NCBI GenBank assembly: GCA_014905635.1
Contig: JABVCE010000010.1
Coordinates: 930,001 to 994,000, forward strand
Source: Scenedesmus sp. PABB004
Taxonomy: Eukaryota
DNA: 64,000 nucleotides
Reading direction: 5' to 3'
The first letter of the stretch is position 1, and every line of letters begins with the position of its first letter. Below the pieces are notes generated by a model. The model was given only the letters and a program-made list of their open reading frames with translations, did not search any database and had not been told where the DNA came from. The position numbers were made by a program, and so were the translations under genes. This document shows positions 32,737-61,191 of the stretch, in pieces.

Positions 32737-35700
32737 TCAGCCCAGGCGCGGCTTCTTGGGCTCCCCGCCGCCGCTGCCGCCGGGCTGCGTGCCTGCGAAG
32801 AAGGTCGTGATGCTCTGCTGACCCGGGTCCGCCGCCGCCGCCGCCTTGGCGCCGCGCTGCGCGGTCGCGCGCTCGACCTGCGCGGCGTGCGCGCCGCAGG
32901 CGGCGCCACGGCTCGGCCGGCCCGGGCGCTGGCGGCGCGGCGCCAGCTAACCCCGCGGCGGCGCGCCGCCGCACCTCCAAGCGCTGCGCCGCGCCGTCGA
33001 GGACCTGGCCCGTCGTCGCGAGCTTGGACTGCAGCAGCTCCCACATGACCTCGTCGATCGAGTCGCGAACGAGCAGCAGCTGCACGCTCACGCACTGGCT
33101 CTGCCCGATGCGGTGCGCGCGGTCCTCCGCCTGCAGCACCTCGCTCGGCGTCCATGCGAGCTCCGCAAATACGACCGTCGACGCGCGCGTGAGCGTGAGG
33201 CCGACGCCCGCGGCCTTGATGTTCAGAATGGCCACCTGGGGCGGGCGCGGCCCGTGCGTGAATGCGGCGGGGCGCGGCAGGCGTCACGCGTCGGGAAGCG
33301 GCCGGCGGCGCGCCCGGGCGGCAGCACGGTCAGGCCCCGCCCTCCTGCGTCGCGCGGGCCGCGCACCCTGCAGTCTGCGTCCTGCTGGAACATGCTGACG
33401 TTGGCCTCGCGCTGCTTCGCGGGCGTGGAGCCGTCGATGCGCATGTGGCGCAGGCCCCGGAACTCCTTGTGGCTGTGCTTCACCTTGTTCACGCCGCACT
33501 CGATCGCGTCCATCAGCTCCCTGCGCGCCCGCGACGCGCAGCGCGATGCCGCCGCCGTGGGCAGGCGCGGCGCCCCCGCGACCTCTCTCGCTCGCGGCGC
33601 GCCGCCCGCCCGCGCGGCCCGGCGGCGGCCGCGTGCCACGCCCTTTTCAACCCTTGCGCCCCTAAAACCTCACTCACTTGTGGTACGCAAAGACCAGGAA
33701 CTTGTCGTCCGCGCCCGCCATGTCGGTCAGCAGGTCGGCCACGTACCCCGCCACCGCGTCGGCCTTGAGCCGCGCGGTGTCGTGCCAGAGCTGCATGACC
33801 ATGCTGCGCTGCGCCTGCTCCATGCCTGGCCGCGGCGGCGGCGGCGGCGGCAGGGGCGCGCCTCGGCGGCGGGCGCGCTGGGAGCGGGGGAGCCCCGCTC
33901 CCAGCGCGAGCGCCCCGCAGCGGGCGGGGCGCAACGCCGCCCGCGCGCCGCACCCTGCAGCAGGCCGCCGCCGGCGGCGCGGCCGACGCCGTGGATGTCG
34001 GTGGTGAGCTGCCGCACCTCGGCCAGCTGCGCCTTGAGGCGGTCCAGCGCGCCGCGCTTGTCCGCCGGCAGGACCAGCAGCACCTGCGCGGCGGCGCGCC
34101 GCGGGCGCGGGCATGAAGGCGCCGACCGGCGCCCCTGCTGCTGGGCGGCGCGCGGGTGGCCGCACCTGCTTGCGCATCTTTGCGGGCAGGTCTTTGAGCA
34201 CCTCGGTCTTGCGGCGGCGGATCATGACCGTGCTGGTCAGCAGCCGGTTCAGCTCCTCCTCGTTGCGGCTGCCGATCTGGGCGCGGCGCGGTGGGCGAGT
34301 CAGGCGAGCCGCGCACGCGCTCGCGGCGCCGCGCCGCGGCCGCCCCACTCGCGTCCCGCTCACCGCCTTGGTGAACTGGCGCCCGCCCGGCGCGCCGTAC
34401 TTGGTCGTCTGCGTGTAGCGCTCCTCAAACTCGGTCTTGCGCACCTGCCAGGTGTGTGTGTGTGTGTGTGTGCGTGTGTGTGTGTGGGGTGTGGGTGTGG
34501 GTGTGTGGGTGTGTGACGAGCGGTGCACAGAGTGCCGCGGCGGGTCCCGGCGCGGGGGCGCGGGGCGCGGGCCGGCGCACCTTGGCGCCCGGCAGCAGCG
34601 CGGAGAGCTGCGTGTAGAGCTCGCCCGGCCGCGAAAGCGCGGGCGTGCCGCTCAGCAGGATGGCGCGCTTGGCGCGCTGCAGCAGCGGCAGCGCCACCTT
34701 GGTGCGCGTGGCCTGCCGGCGCGGCGGCGGCGGTGGCGGCGGCGGCAGCGCGCCCGCGCGGGGCACGTGAGCGCGCGTGGCCCATCCATGCCTGCGCGCC
34801 GCGCGCCGCCGCTCGCGCCGCGCCGCTTGCGCACCGTGCCGTTCTTGATGCAGTGGCTCTCGTCCGCGATGACCACCTGCAGCGCCATGGCCTCCAGCAC
34901 GGCGGACACGTCCTTCAGCATGTCGTAGCTCACCACGATGAAGCTCGCCACGCGCCGCGCCGCCGCCGCGTCCGCCTGCGCGCACGGCGCACGCGGGGCG
35001 CGGGTGCGCGCACGCGCACATCCGTGAGCGGGACGGCAGGGCGGCGGGGCGGCGGCGACGCGCGCGGCGGCTGTGCGCGGCGGTCACCGCGTCGGCGAGG
35101 CGTGCCATGTCTGCCTTTTTGAGCGCGACCAGCACGCGGTCCTCCGTCACGCGCAGCCAGTCGTACAGCGCGGCCGCCCAGCTCAGCCTGCGCGCGCGGG
35201 CGCGGCCGGCGCCGCGCGCTCTGAAGACGCGCGCGCCATCGCATGGGCGCCGGATGAACGGCGGCGGCGGCTGCTTGGGCGCGCGCCGCGCACCGCACCG
35301 CAGCGAGGCGGGGCAAAGCACGAGCACTGGCCACTCGTCGCGGTAGCACCATGCGAGCGCGCAGGCCTGCACCGTCTTGCCGAGCCCCATCTCGTCACCG
35401 ATGAGCACCCGGCCTGGCGGCGGGCGGGCGGGCGGCGCGGGGCGCGGGTGGCGCGGGCGGCGCCTCGGCGGCCGGCGCCACGCAGCACGGCCCGCGCCTG
35501 GCGCCGCGCGCAGCAGGGCCTGCGCCCTCGCCGGCAGCGAGCAGCCCGGGTCAGCCGCACCTCCCGTGGCGAGGCCAAAGCGCACGCCCGCGCGCTGGAA
35601 CGGCATCATGCGCCCCTCCAGGCTCACGCCGGGCGCCAGCTCCACCTCGCCGAGGCTGTCGTAGCGCGCCGAGTCGTCGGTCGCCGCCCTGCGCGCCGCC

Positions 35701-36577
35701 GCGACCATGCGCAGCACGAGGTCCGGCAGCGGCTCAAACTTGGCCACCCGCACGCCCGCGCCCTGCGGCGCACGCGCAGGCGGCGGCGGCGGCGGCGCGG
35801 GGGCTCAGGGAGCGCGCTGCGCGGAGAGCGGAGTGCGCGCTGGGCCCCGCGACAAGGCGAGAGGGAGCGCCGCGCCGCCGCGCCTCCATGCAAGCCAGCT
35901 GCGCCTCCAGCGCGGCCACCCGGTCGCTCGGCACGAGCCACGAGCGCGCCAGCACGCCGCCGCCCGGCTGCCGCGCGCCCGGCACGGCGCCGAGCGCCCT
36001 GGTGATGTCCGGATGAACGCCCGAGAACGTCACCTGCGCCCGCCGGGCGCCGGGGAGGGTTTAGGGGGCTCGGTGGCGCCGGGCTCGGTAGCGCCGGTGC
36101 CGGCCAGCGGCGCGGCTGCCGCGCTGCCGCTCCTGCAGCCCCGCGCGCGCCGCGCCGCCTCTGCGACCCGCACCTCGACCATGCCCTTGGGCCCCAGCGC
36201 GAGCTTCGCGGTGTAGAGCACGGGCGGCCCGCCGGAGCGCGGCGGCCCGCCCGACGCCGCCGCGCCCGGCCCGCCCGTGCTGCCGGCGCCGCTCGCCGCG
36301 CCGGCGCCGCTCGCCGCCGGCGGCGGCGCGCCCGGTTGCGGCCCGCCCCCGCTGCCCGCGCCCGGCGCGCCGCTGCCGCCCGGCGGCAGCGGCGCGGCGC
36401 CGTGCTGCGCGTGGCCGGCCAGCGGTGCGGGCGGCGGCGCGGGCTGCACGTGCTGCTGCTGCTGGTGCGCAGGGCCCTGGGCCGCGTGCGGCGCTGGCGG
36501 CTGCCAGGGCTGCTGCTGCTGCTGCTGTGGCTGCCAGGGCGGCTGCTGCTGCTGCTGCTGCTGTGGCTGCCAGGGCG

Positions 36578-36610
<33 letters not shown>

Positions 36611-37115
36611 GCTGCTGCGGCTGCTGCCAGGGCTGCTGCTGTTGCTGCTGCGGCTGCTGCTGCGGCTGCTGCTGCCACGGCGCGGCGCCCGGCTTGCCGC
36701 CGGCGCCGCGCGGGCGCGGCTGCAGCCGCCTGCCCGCCCAGCCGCTGCAGCTGCTGCCCTCGCCGCCGCCGCGCGGCGCGTGGCTGCTGAAGAGCTGCCA
36801 CAGGGCCTCCGGCCCGGCTGCCGCGTGCCCTTGCGCCGGCGGCGCCAGCGGCACCCGCGCCCGCGGCGGCGCCGCCGGCGCCGGCTGCTGCTGACGGTGC
36901 GCCTGCTGCGCCTGCTGCACCTGCTGCACCTGCTGCTGCGCTGACACCTGCGGCGGGGCGAGGGGGATGGAAGGCGTTGCTCGCGCCGGCGCGAGCAGCA
37001 GCGTCGACCGTCGCCGCCGGCCCCCGCAGCGGACCTGCGTCGCGCCGTAGTAGCTGGTCTCGTAGCGGTCCAGCGCGTCGAGCAGGCCGTCGTCAAAGTC
37101 CAGGTCGTCGTCCAT
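32737..37115 (-). CDS. SMARCAL1/ZRANB3-like SNF2 annealing helicase (CHR18-like), multi-exon
   Basis: [65 protein letters not shown]...[11 protein letters not shown]. Acidic then Gln-rich N-terminus. Confidence 0.9.
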
Positions 37116-37723
37116 GGAGCCGGCCGGCACACGCGGCGCGCGCCGCGGCCGCTGCTGCTGCGCCGCCACCGCAGCGAGCTGGCACGCGCAGCGCCTCCAC
37201 GGTGCGGCTGCCGGGTCCGCGGATGTGAGGCGGCGGGCGGGGAGGGGGTGAGGGCAGGCTGCAACGCGCGATTCGAAGTGGCCGTGCGGGTTCAGGTCCC
37301 GGGCGGCGGCGCTGGAGCTCGGCCCCAGCGCCTGGAGGCGTCCCTGGAGCTGGGACCTCGCCGCCCGCGGCAGGCTCGCCTCGCCGCGCCGCGCGCTGCG
37401 CCCGCCGCCGGCCGACCGCCGAGCGCGCACGGGCAGCGTCGGCCGCGCAGAGAGCGCGCCGCCGCCCTCGCCGCCTGCTCGCCGTTGAGTCCCTGTCTGT
37501 GGCCACGGTCTACGGCGTGGTGGAAAGGTGGCCCCGGTGCCTTTGCGCAAAGTGACACCTCCAGGCTGCTGCTGCCGCACCACCAAGCGCGCCGCTCCGC
37601 GCTGCCACCGCGCCCACAGCATCCCCAGCCGCCCGATCGCTGCTGCGACGCCCCGCCACGCCGCGGATTCAGCCCCGGCCTCGCCGCGTGCTCGCCTTTG
37701 GCTCGGGGCGCCCCGCGCGCGCC

Positions 37724-38780
37724 ATGCAGACCGCCACGCAGCGCCTGGCCGTCGGCCGGCGCCTGGTGGCGGGCCCGCGCGCCGCGCGCGCGCCGGCGCG
37801 GGGCGTGGGGTGCCGCTCGCAGTCGGGTGCGGCGCCTGGCGCGCGCTGTGGGGCCCCGATTGCGCCGCGCGCGCGGACGGAGACGGGCCCGCGCGGCGCA
37901 CGCGCGACGCGCCGCCCGCAGCCGGCATGCGCGCCGGCCCGCGGCGCCGGCGGGGCACGCGCCGACGCGCCGCCGCTGCTCGCGCGCCGCGCGCGCAGGC
38001 CGCGCGGAGCCGTTCAACGAGGGCGCGGCGCAGGTGAAGCGCCTGGTCAACCGCGACCGTAAGGACCTGCTGGGCAACAAGATCGACATCCTCGACAAAT
38101 ACTCGACCGAGTTTGGCGACCCCGACGAGCCCGCGCCGCGGCCCCCTGCGGCGGCGGCGAGCGCAGCAGCAGCGGCGGCGCCGGCGCCGGCGGCGGCGGC
38201 GCCAACAGCAGCGGCCGTGCCGGCGGCGGCGGGACCGCCAGCGGGCGCAGCGGCGGCGCCGGGCGCAGCGGCGGCGCAGGCCAAGCCGGCGAGCCCGTTT
38301 GCCGCGGCCGCGCCCGCGGCGGTCGCGACCAAGTTCACGGGCGGCGGCGCGCTGTCGTCGCCGTTTGGGCCGGGCACGAGCAGCCGCACGCGCAGCGTGA
38401 CGGAGCCGGTCGGGCTCAGCCCCGACATGGGCCCCGACCCCGTGGTGCGGCTGCCGCCGACGCCCAAGAACCTCCTCAGCCGCATCACGCTCACGCAAGT
38501 GGTGAGCGCCCGCGCCGGCCGCCCGCCTCGGCGCCGCCGCACCAGGGGGGCCGCGCGCGCGCGCGCGGCCGCGCCGGGGCGGCGCGGCGGGCGCCGTGCG
38601 CCCGCCGCCGCCGCGTCGTGCCCACGCGGCCGCCCGCCCTGCGCCCCGCGCCGCGTGTGCATGTGTGCGCGCTGCGCCCAGGTCCTGTTCTTCACCTTCT
38701 CGTCGATGATCGGCCTCATGCTGGCCACCTTTTACGTCGTGCTCGGCACGGGCGCGGTGCGCCTCGCGGGCATCGAGTGA
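37724..38780 (+). CDS. Uncharacterised plastid-targeted protein with a C-terminal transmembrane helix, ~3 exons
   Basis: Arg/Ala-rich transit-like N-terminus, a coding-like middle exon, and terminal VLFFTFSSMIGLMLATFYVVLGTGAVRLAGIE*. Confidence 0.65.
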
Positions 38781-39045
38781 GCGGCCGGGCGAGCGAGCGG
38801 CGCGGCGCAGCGCACGCAGCAGCGCGGCGTGCGGCGCGCGGCAGCGGCGGCGGCGCGCGCGGCGGCGGGGAGCGCGGGCGGCGGGGACGGGCGTTGCCGA
38901 GAGAGTAAACGAGCAGGCGTGCGTTGCGATGAGGCACGGCGCGTGTCGCAGCGCCGGCGGCCGACCGCCCGGGTGCACAGCGCTCAGCGCGACGGCGGAC
39001 GCCCCGCCGCGGCGCGCACGGCTCCCTTGGCGCGCGCGCGCCGCG

Positions 39046-41151
39046 TCAGCGCCGCGCCCCCACCTGGTCGCGCCAGGCCTGCGCGAGCGCGGCGCGGAAC
39101 AGCGCGGGCGTGTCGGCGCCGCCCCGGAAGTTGGGGAAGTAGTTGACGTCCACCACCACCAGCTGCTGCGCCCGCTCCTGCTGCTGCTGCGCCCGCTCTC
39201 GCCCCTCCTGCGCGCCCGCCCGCTCCACGCTCGCCTGCTGCTTGTCGTCTTGCTGCGCCTGGGCTCCACCACCACCACCACCACCACCACCACCACCACC
39301 ACCACCACCACCACCACCACCACCACCACCACCACCACCGCCGCCGCCGTGCGGCGCCTCCACCACCACGTCAAAGCCCATCAGCGTCAGCCCCAGCTCG
39401 CGCCGCAGGAACGCAGCGACCGCCTCCACCGCCGCCCGGCACGGCGGGCGCGGCGGCGGCGCCGCGCCGCCGTGTGGAGGCGCCGACATGTGCGCGGGCA
39501 GCTGCGTCGGCAGCGAGGCCAGGCTGTCAAACAACAGCACCTGCTCCTCGCGTGGCAGCGCGCCCGGGTCCAGCCGCACGTCGGGGATGGACGCGCGCGG
39601 CGTCACAAACACCTGGCGACCGCAGCGGCGACGCCGCTGCGTGGGCTGGGCCGGGCCGCACCCGCTGCGGCTGCGGCTGCGGCTGCGGCTGCGGCTGCGG
39701 CTGCGGCTGCGGCTGCGGCTGCGGCTGCGGCTGCGGCTGCGGCTGCGGCTGCGGCTGCGGCTGCGGCTGCGGCTGCGGCTGCCGCTGCGGCTGCGGCTGC
39801 GGCTGCGGCTGCGTGCAGCGCCCCGCGTGCGCCCGCGCATGCGCGCACCTGCTCGCCCAGGCAGTACACCTTGTACTGCTGGCCACCGTGGTTGACAAAC
39901 TCCTGCGCCAGCGCCGGCAGCGGCACGCGGCCCGCGAGCGCGGGCAGCGCCGCGGGGCCCAGCACGAGCGCCATGCTGTGCGAGTGGCTCACGCCGCAGG
40001 CGACCAGCGGCTTGGCAATGAGCGGCCCGGACAGGCCTGCGATGCGGGGCGGCGTGGGTGGTCGTGGCGCGCAGCCCCCGGGAGCACAGCGCGGGCGGCG
40101 CTGCGAGCTGCAGCCGGCGCGCCGCCCCACCTGCCGCGGTCAGGTCTGCCGCCAGCCCCGGGTCCGCCCAGCTTTGCACCTCCCGGCAGCGCGGCGCGCG
40201 CGCACTGCAGCCGCCCGGCAGGCCCAGCCCCGGCAGCCGCTCCAGCAGGCGGCTCAGCAGGAGGCGGTCGAGCACCTGTGCGCGGGCGTGTGTATGTGTG
40301 TGTGTGGGGGGGGGGGCACAGGGCAGCGCCGCCTGCACCAGCCACCCGTCGCCTGTGCGGCGGCGCCGCCGCGCCTGGGCTGTGCGCTCGAAGGGGTCCA
40401 CCACTGCGACGCCCGGCTGCGCCGCCAGCCACGCCTGCAGGGCCCGCAGCCGCGGCGACCACGCCACGCCGCCGTCCGGCTGCGCCAGCAGCTCGTCCGA
40501 GCCCTTGTGCAGCAGCACGTCGATGTGGCCCTGCGCCTCGCCCAGCTGGCCGGCATCAAACGGCTGGAAGCACAGCCCGCCCGCTGGCAGGAGGTGCAGC
40601 AGGCCGCTGCCGGCGAGCTGCTCCTCGCGCGACGCCCGCATCACGTAGCCCACGACCAGCAGCGCCGGCTGCTCACGCGCCTCGCGCTCCCCGCCGCCGC
40701 CGTCGCCGCCGGCCAGCGCGCGCCGCCGGTTGTGCTGCACCAGCGCCTGCAAGACGCGGTCCGCGGTCGCCGGCGCGGCGTCCTGCGGACGCGGGCGGCC
40801 GTCGGATCGCCGCCGCCGGTGTCCCGTGCCCGCCGCCCATGCCCCCCCCCCCCCCCCCCCCCCGCGCACCTCGCCGGCCACCTCGCGCCACGGCAGCGCG
40901 CTCGCCAGGTCGGCGCCGAGCGCCAGCACCTGGTGCGGCGCCAGGCCCCACGCCCGCACAGCGGCCTCGCCCGCGTCCGCATCTGCACACAGCACCGCGA
41001 GCACCCCGCCGCGCCGCAGCCGCGTCACGGCGCCTGCGGCCACGCAGCGGCCGTGAGCGCCGCAGCAGCAGCGCCGCTGCGCGGCTCGGCTCCGCCAGCG
41101 GCCCCGCGCACCCTCCGGCTCGGTTCCAACGATCACCACGGCGGAGATCAT
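39046..41151 (-). CDS. Inositol 1,3,4-trisphosphate 5/6-kinase (ITPK; possibly ITPK4-like with an N-terminal extension)
   Basis: VVGYVM, DVLLHK, VVDP...VLDR, PLIAKPLVACGVSHSHSMALV, QEFVNHGGQQYKVY, LGLTLMGFDVVV, DVNYFPNF. Confidence 0.88.
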   Translation of the reverse strand: MISAVVIVGTEPEGARGRWRSRAAQRRCCCGAHGRCVAAGAVTRLRRGGVLAVLCADADAGEAAVRAWGLAPHQVLALGADLASALPWREVAGEVRGGGGGGGAWAAGTGHRRRRSDGRPRPQDAAPATADRVLQALVQHNRRRALAGGDGGGGEREAREQPALLVVGYVMRASREEQLAGSGLLHLLPAGGLCFQPFDAGQLGEAQGHIDVLLHKGSDELLAQPDGGVAWSPRLRALQAWLAAQPGVAVVDPFERTAQARRRRRTGDGWLVQAALPCAPPPTHTHTHARAQVLDRLLLSRLLERLPGLGLPGGCSARAPRCREVQSWADPGLAADLTAAGGAARRLQLAAPPALCSRGLRATTTHAAPHRRPVRAAHCQAAGRLRREPLAQHGARAGPRGAARARGPRAAAGAGAGVCQPRWPAVQGVLPGRAGARMRGRTRGAARSRSRSRSRSGSRSRSRSRSRSRSRSRSRSRSRSRSRSRSRSRSRSRSRSGCGPAQPTQRRRRCGRQVFVTPRASIPDVRLDPGALPREEQVLLFDSLASLPTQLPAHMSAPPHGGAAPPPRPPCRAAVEAVAAFLRRELGLTLMGFDVVVEAPHGGGGGGGGGGGGGGGGGGGGGGGGGGGGAQAQQDDKQQASVERAGAQEGRERAQQQQERAQQLVVVDVNYFPNFRGGADTPALFRAALAQAWRDQVGARR
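39266..39348. repeat. Coding (CAC/GGT)n microsatellite encoding poly-Gly in the ITPK last exon
   Basis: About 24 CAC units plus CGC units, in frame between FDVVVE and DVNYFP. Confidence 0.9.
39664..39812. repeat. Intronic (GCTGCG)n microsatellite
   Basis: About 24 hexamer units inside an ITPK intron. Confidence 0.95.
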
Positions 41152-42042
41152 GGCGCCGCGGCAGCAGCAGCGGCGGCCGCGCGTGCTGCGGGCCGCCGCT
41201 GAAACGGCGTCGTTCCCGGCGTCGCCCAACGGGTGAAGCTGCGCGTGGAGGGAGGAGTGCGGATGAGGCGATCGCTGGCGGCGCGACCAGCGCCAACGGC
41301 AGGGCACGGCGGCGGTTGCCGGCAGCAGCGCGTGTCCGGCCGGTGACCCAAGCTGCGCGCCGTTGGCTGGGCGGCCGTCTGCACGGCCCGGCCCGCCTCC
41401 GCCGGCACCGCCACTGTCTCGGCTTCACCCACCCCACCGCGCCGCCCGCCGCCCCAGCGCCGGTGCCCCCGGCGGCCCCTCGGTCGCCACCCGCCGTTGC
41501 CTTCGTGCGGCGTTTTCCGGGCCAGCTCGATCAATGGGGGAGCTTCACGCACGAGCCGGCCCGCGGGGGCGTCGGTGCGGGGCGCCGGGGTGAGCTGAAG
41601 CCGGCCGGCCGGACGCCGGCGAACTTTTGCTGCTCCGGACAGCCCAGCCCCCCGCCGCGCCCCCAAACACCTGCAGACCGCTACCTGCCGCCGAGCGTCG
41701 CGCGTGCACAGACGCTGCTGCGGGTGCAGGAACAGGCCTCGCGCAGCGTGTGAGCAGCCCGCCGCACAGCGCAGGCGACTCACCAGGTACGCATGAGGTC
41801 CGGGAGCGAGCGCCCCGGACTGGCGCGCCCTGCTCGTGCGCTGCAGCCTGGCCTTCCCGGGGCGCGCCGGGGCGCGCCCCGGGCTCACGTGCGCGGCCGT
41901 CGCCTGCTCGTCGCAGGGGCGCCGCCGATGCAGCGTGGCGCACCGTCGCGCCCGGCAGAGGCGCGGCGGGCGTAACTACCGCGCCCGCTGCTCCCAGCGG
42001 CGCGGCGGCAGCCGCCCGCCGGGCAGCGGCGCCACCTCGAAC

Positions 42043-58522
<16,480 letters not shown>

Positions 58523-59914
58523 GGCCCGGGCTGCTGCAGCAGCCTGGCCACCGCGCCGGCCGGCCGCGACCGCGCGGCGCGTCGCCCGCCAGCGCGGGGC
58601 AGGGGCAGGGCGAGGCGGGCGCGCCGCTGCGCGTGCCGCCCGGCGGCCCGGCTGAGCCGGCAGGGTGCGTGTGGGGGGAGGGGGGAGCGGGGCAAGGGTG
58701 GAGGGGCGAAGGGTGGCGGGGAGAACTGGCGGCGGCTGCACAATACCTGCCGCCGCCGCTGCTGCCGCCGCGGCCAGCGCACGCGTGCGCGGCCGTGCCC
58801 GAGCTGGGCGCACGGCTGGGCTTGCAGTGGGGCTGCCTGCCGCCCTGTGCTCCGCGCGTGCGCGCTCTGCCCTGGGCGGCGCCGTGCGCCTGCGCAGGCG
58901 CGCGCGCTGCTGGTTTGCTGTCTGCTGCACATCACTCTCGCAATAAGCACAGTGTGCCGCTGCCTCGGCACGCGCGGCACGTTGAGCGCGCCGAGCGCAC
59001 GCGTGCCGGCCGCTGGCCGCCGCGCCGCGCCGGCGCGCTGCCGCCGCGCGTGCTGAGCTCAGCCCCTGTGCCGGTGTCTCGGGCGTGGCACATGACCAAA
59101 GGCTTGCACCACTCATCCCTCTCTTCTCACGCCCCAGCGCACGCCTCGTGCGTGCGCCTCGTCACGCGCGCGCGTGACGCGCGCAGACCTCGTGTGACGC
59201 AGGCAACCCCGGGACGAGCGGTGTTTGGGGACGGGGGATCCATGCTGCGCGCTGCGACCGACCCCGCGAGGCAACGCGTGCCACGCCTGGCTGCGGGCCG
59301 GGGGCAGCGCGCGCGTCGGCTTTTCTGTTGTGGCAGAACTGAGGCGGGTGACTGCTGCTGCTCAGTCTTGGCTGCTGTTGAGTCTTGGGGCGCACGGTGA
59401 GCGAGGGGCTGGAGCTCGCACCCGTGTCGCGGGGAGACCTGTATATGCTGCCCTCCGACTGGCAGCCTGTTTCATGTGTGCGCTCAAGCTCGGCAGTCCT
59501 CGGGGAGAGTGCGGCGCTGGCCGTGGCTGGCCCGGGGAGCCAAACCAGATCTGGCTCTCTGGCCCAACTCGACACCCATTTATTTTTGCTGAGCGCCACG
59601 TGACCACACCACTGACCGGCTCCCTGATGCACGCACGCGGGTCCTTGCAGCCGCGCGCGGCGCGCGCTGTCGAGGCCTGCGGAACTGCAGCATCGTTATT
59701 GCGCGCGCCCGGGGCGCCGTTTGGGGGCCACTCGGCCGTGCAACAAGTACTCGTTATGAGGGCCCTGGCCGGCGCGCGCCCGTCACACAGCCAGCACGCA
59801 CGCACCCCGTCACGCCGCCCTCCGCGCCGCGCCCCTCTCGCACCGGCCCTTGCTGCGGGGCCCCGCCGCCGCCTGCTGCCTGCCGCCTGCTGCCGCCTGC
59901 CTGCCTGCCGCCGC

Positions 59915-60875
59915 CTAGTACAGCGTCTTCAACGCCGCGAGCTTGACTTTCTTGCTGCGCTGCGCGCTCACGCGGCTGGCCTGCTTCTCCGCCAGCGCCA
60001 GCGCCTGGCGCGGCAGGTGGGGCGGCGCGGCAGCCGCGCGCGGGCAGGCGGCGTGAGCGGCGCCCGGCGGCCGCCGGCGGGCGCCACGCGCGCCCCTGCC
60101 TGCCTGCTGGCGCGGGCGGGCGCACCTTTTCCTGCTTGGCGGCCTTGCGCCGCTTCTGCGTCGTGGTGCGGTTGCCGCGCGTCGCGGCCACCTTGCTGGC
60201 GGGGCGCCGCGCGACACCGGCGGCGGGCGTGAGCGCGTGAGCGCGCGCACCCCTGCGCGCCCGGCAGCCCGCCCGCTGCAGCACGCGCGCCGCACTCACA
60301 GCGCCGGCTGCTGCACCGCGAGGCCCTTTCGCCGCCGCCGCTTGGCGCTGCCGCCAGCCGACGGCGCGCGGTCGGCGGTGTCCATGGCCTCGCCCGCCGC
60401 CGCGGGCGCGGGCTCCGCGCCCCCTGCTGGCGCCCCCGCTGCGGCGGGCGCGGCGGGCGCGCGCGCGAGTCGGTGCGGCCGCTGGCGGTGTGCGTGTGTG
60501 TGTGTGCGCACACGCACACGCACAGCTGCGCCCCGCTGCTCCTGCGAGCGCCGCGCCACTGCCGCCCGCACCTGCGCCGCCGTCCTGCTCCATCAAGTCC
60601 AGCGCGCTCACGCCCGACTGCCAGCCCGCGCCACCCTTGGCGCCGCCGCTGTCAAACAGGGCGTCATAGTCGATGGTGCTGCGCTTCTTCTTCTTGCCTG
60701 GGCGCGCAGGGCGGCCCCACACGCGCGTCGGAGCCGGCACGGCGGGGCGCGGCCGCCGCTGCGGCCAGCCCCCGGGCGCTGCGCAGCTGGCGCCTGCGCA
60801 GCTGCTCCAGCGCTTCTGCGTGGGCGTACGCCAGAGGCCCTCCCTGCCTGCCCGGGGCGCACCTCCTTTGCCCAT
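59915..60875 (-). CDS. Small Lys/Arg-rich protein, possibly ribosome-biogenesis related (Alb1/Ecm1-like tail), ~5 exons
   Basis: MGKG/GKKKKRSTIDYDALFD ... TQKRRKAAKQEK/ALALAEKQASRVSAQRSKKVKLAALKTLY*. The function is a guess. Confidence 0.55.
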
Positions 60876-61191
60876 GGCCCCGCTAGCAGCGGTGGCGGCC
60901 GCTGCTGCTGCTGGCGGCGGCTGCGCGAGCCGTGGGATGCCCCGACGAGGCCGCCTGCGGTCAGGCGCCTGGCGGGGGCGCGGCGGGAACAGAGGACGCG
61001 CGCGAGCTGGCCTGCGTTGGCAGCGACGACGCGGCGGCTGCGGCGCTGTGGTGCGGCCTGCGCGAGCGGCGGCGGAGTGCTCTGGGCTACGGGGATTCGC
61101 GGAGAGCTGATGGACGGTGGCCTTGGGCCGCGCAACGCAACGCGCTGAACCCCAGGGCGGCCAGCGTGCGTGACCAGCGCCGCTCTCCGCC

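Noticed and set aside
36057..36067. GGGTTTAGGG telomere-like motif
   Set aside because: A single unit inside an intron, not an array.
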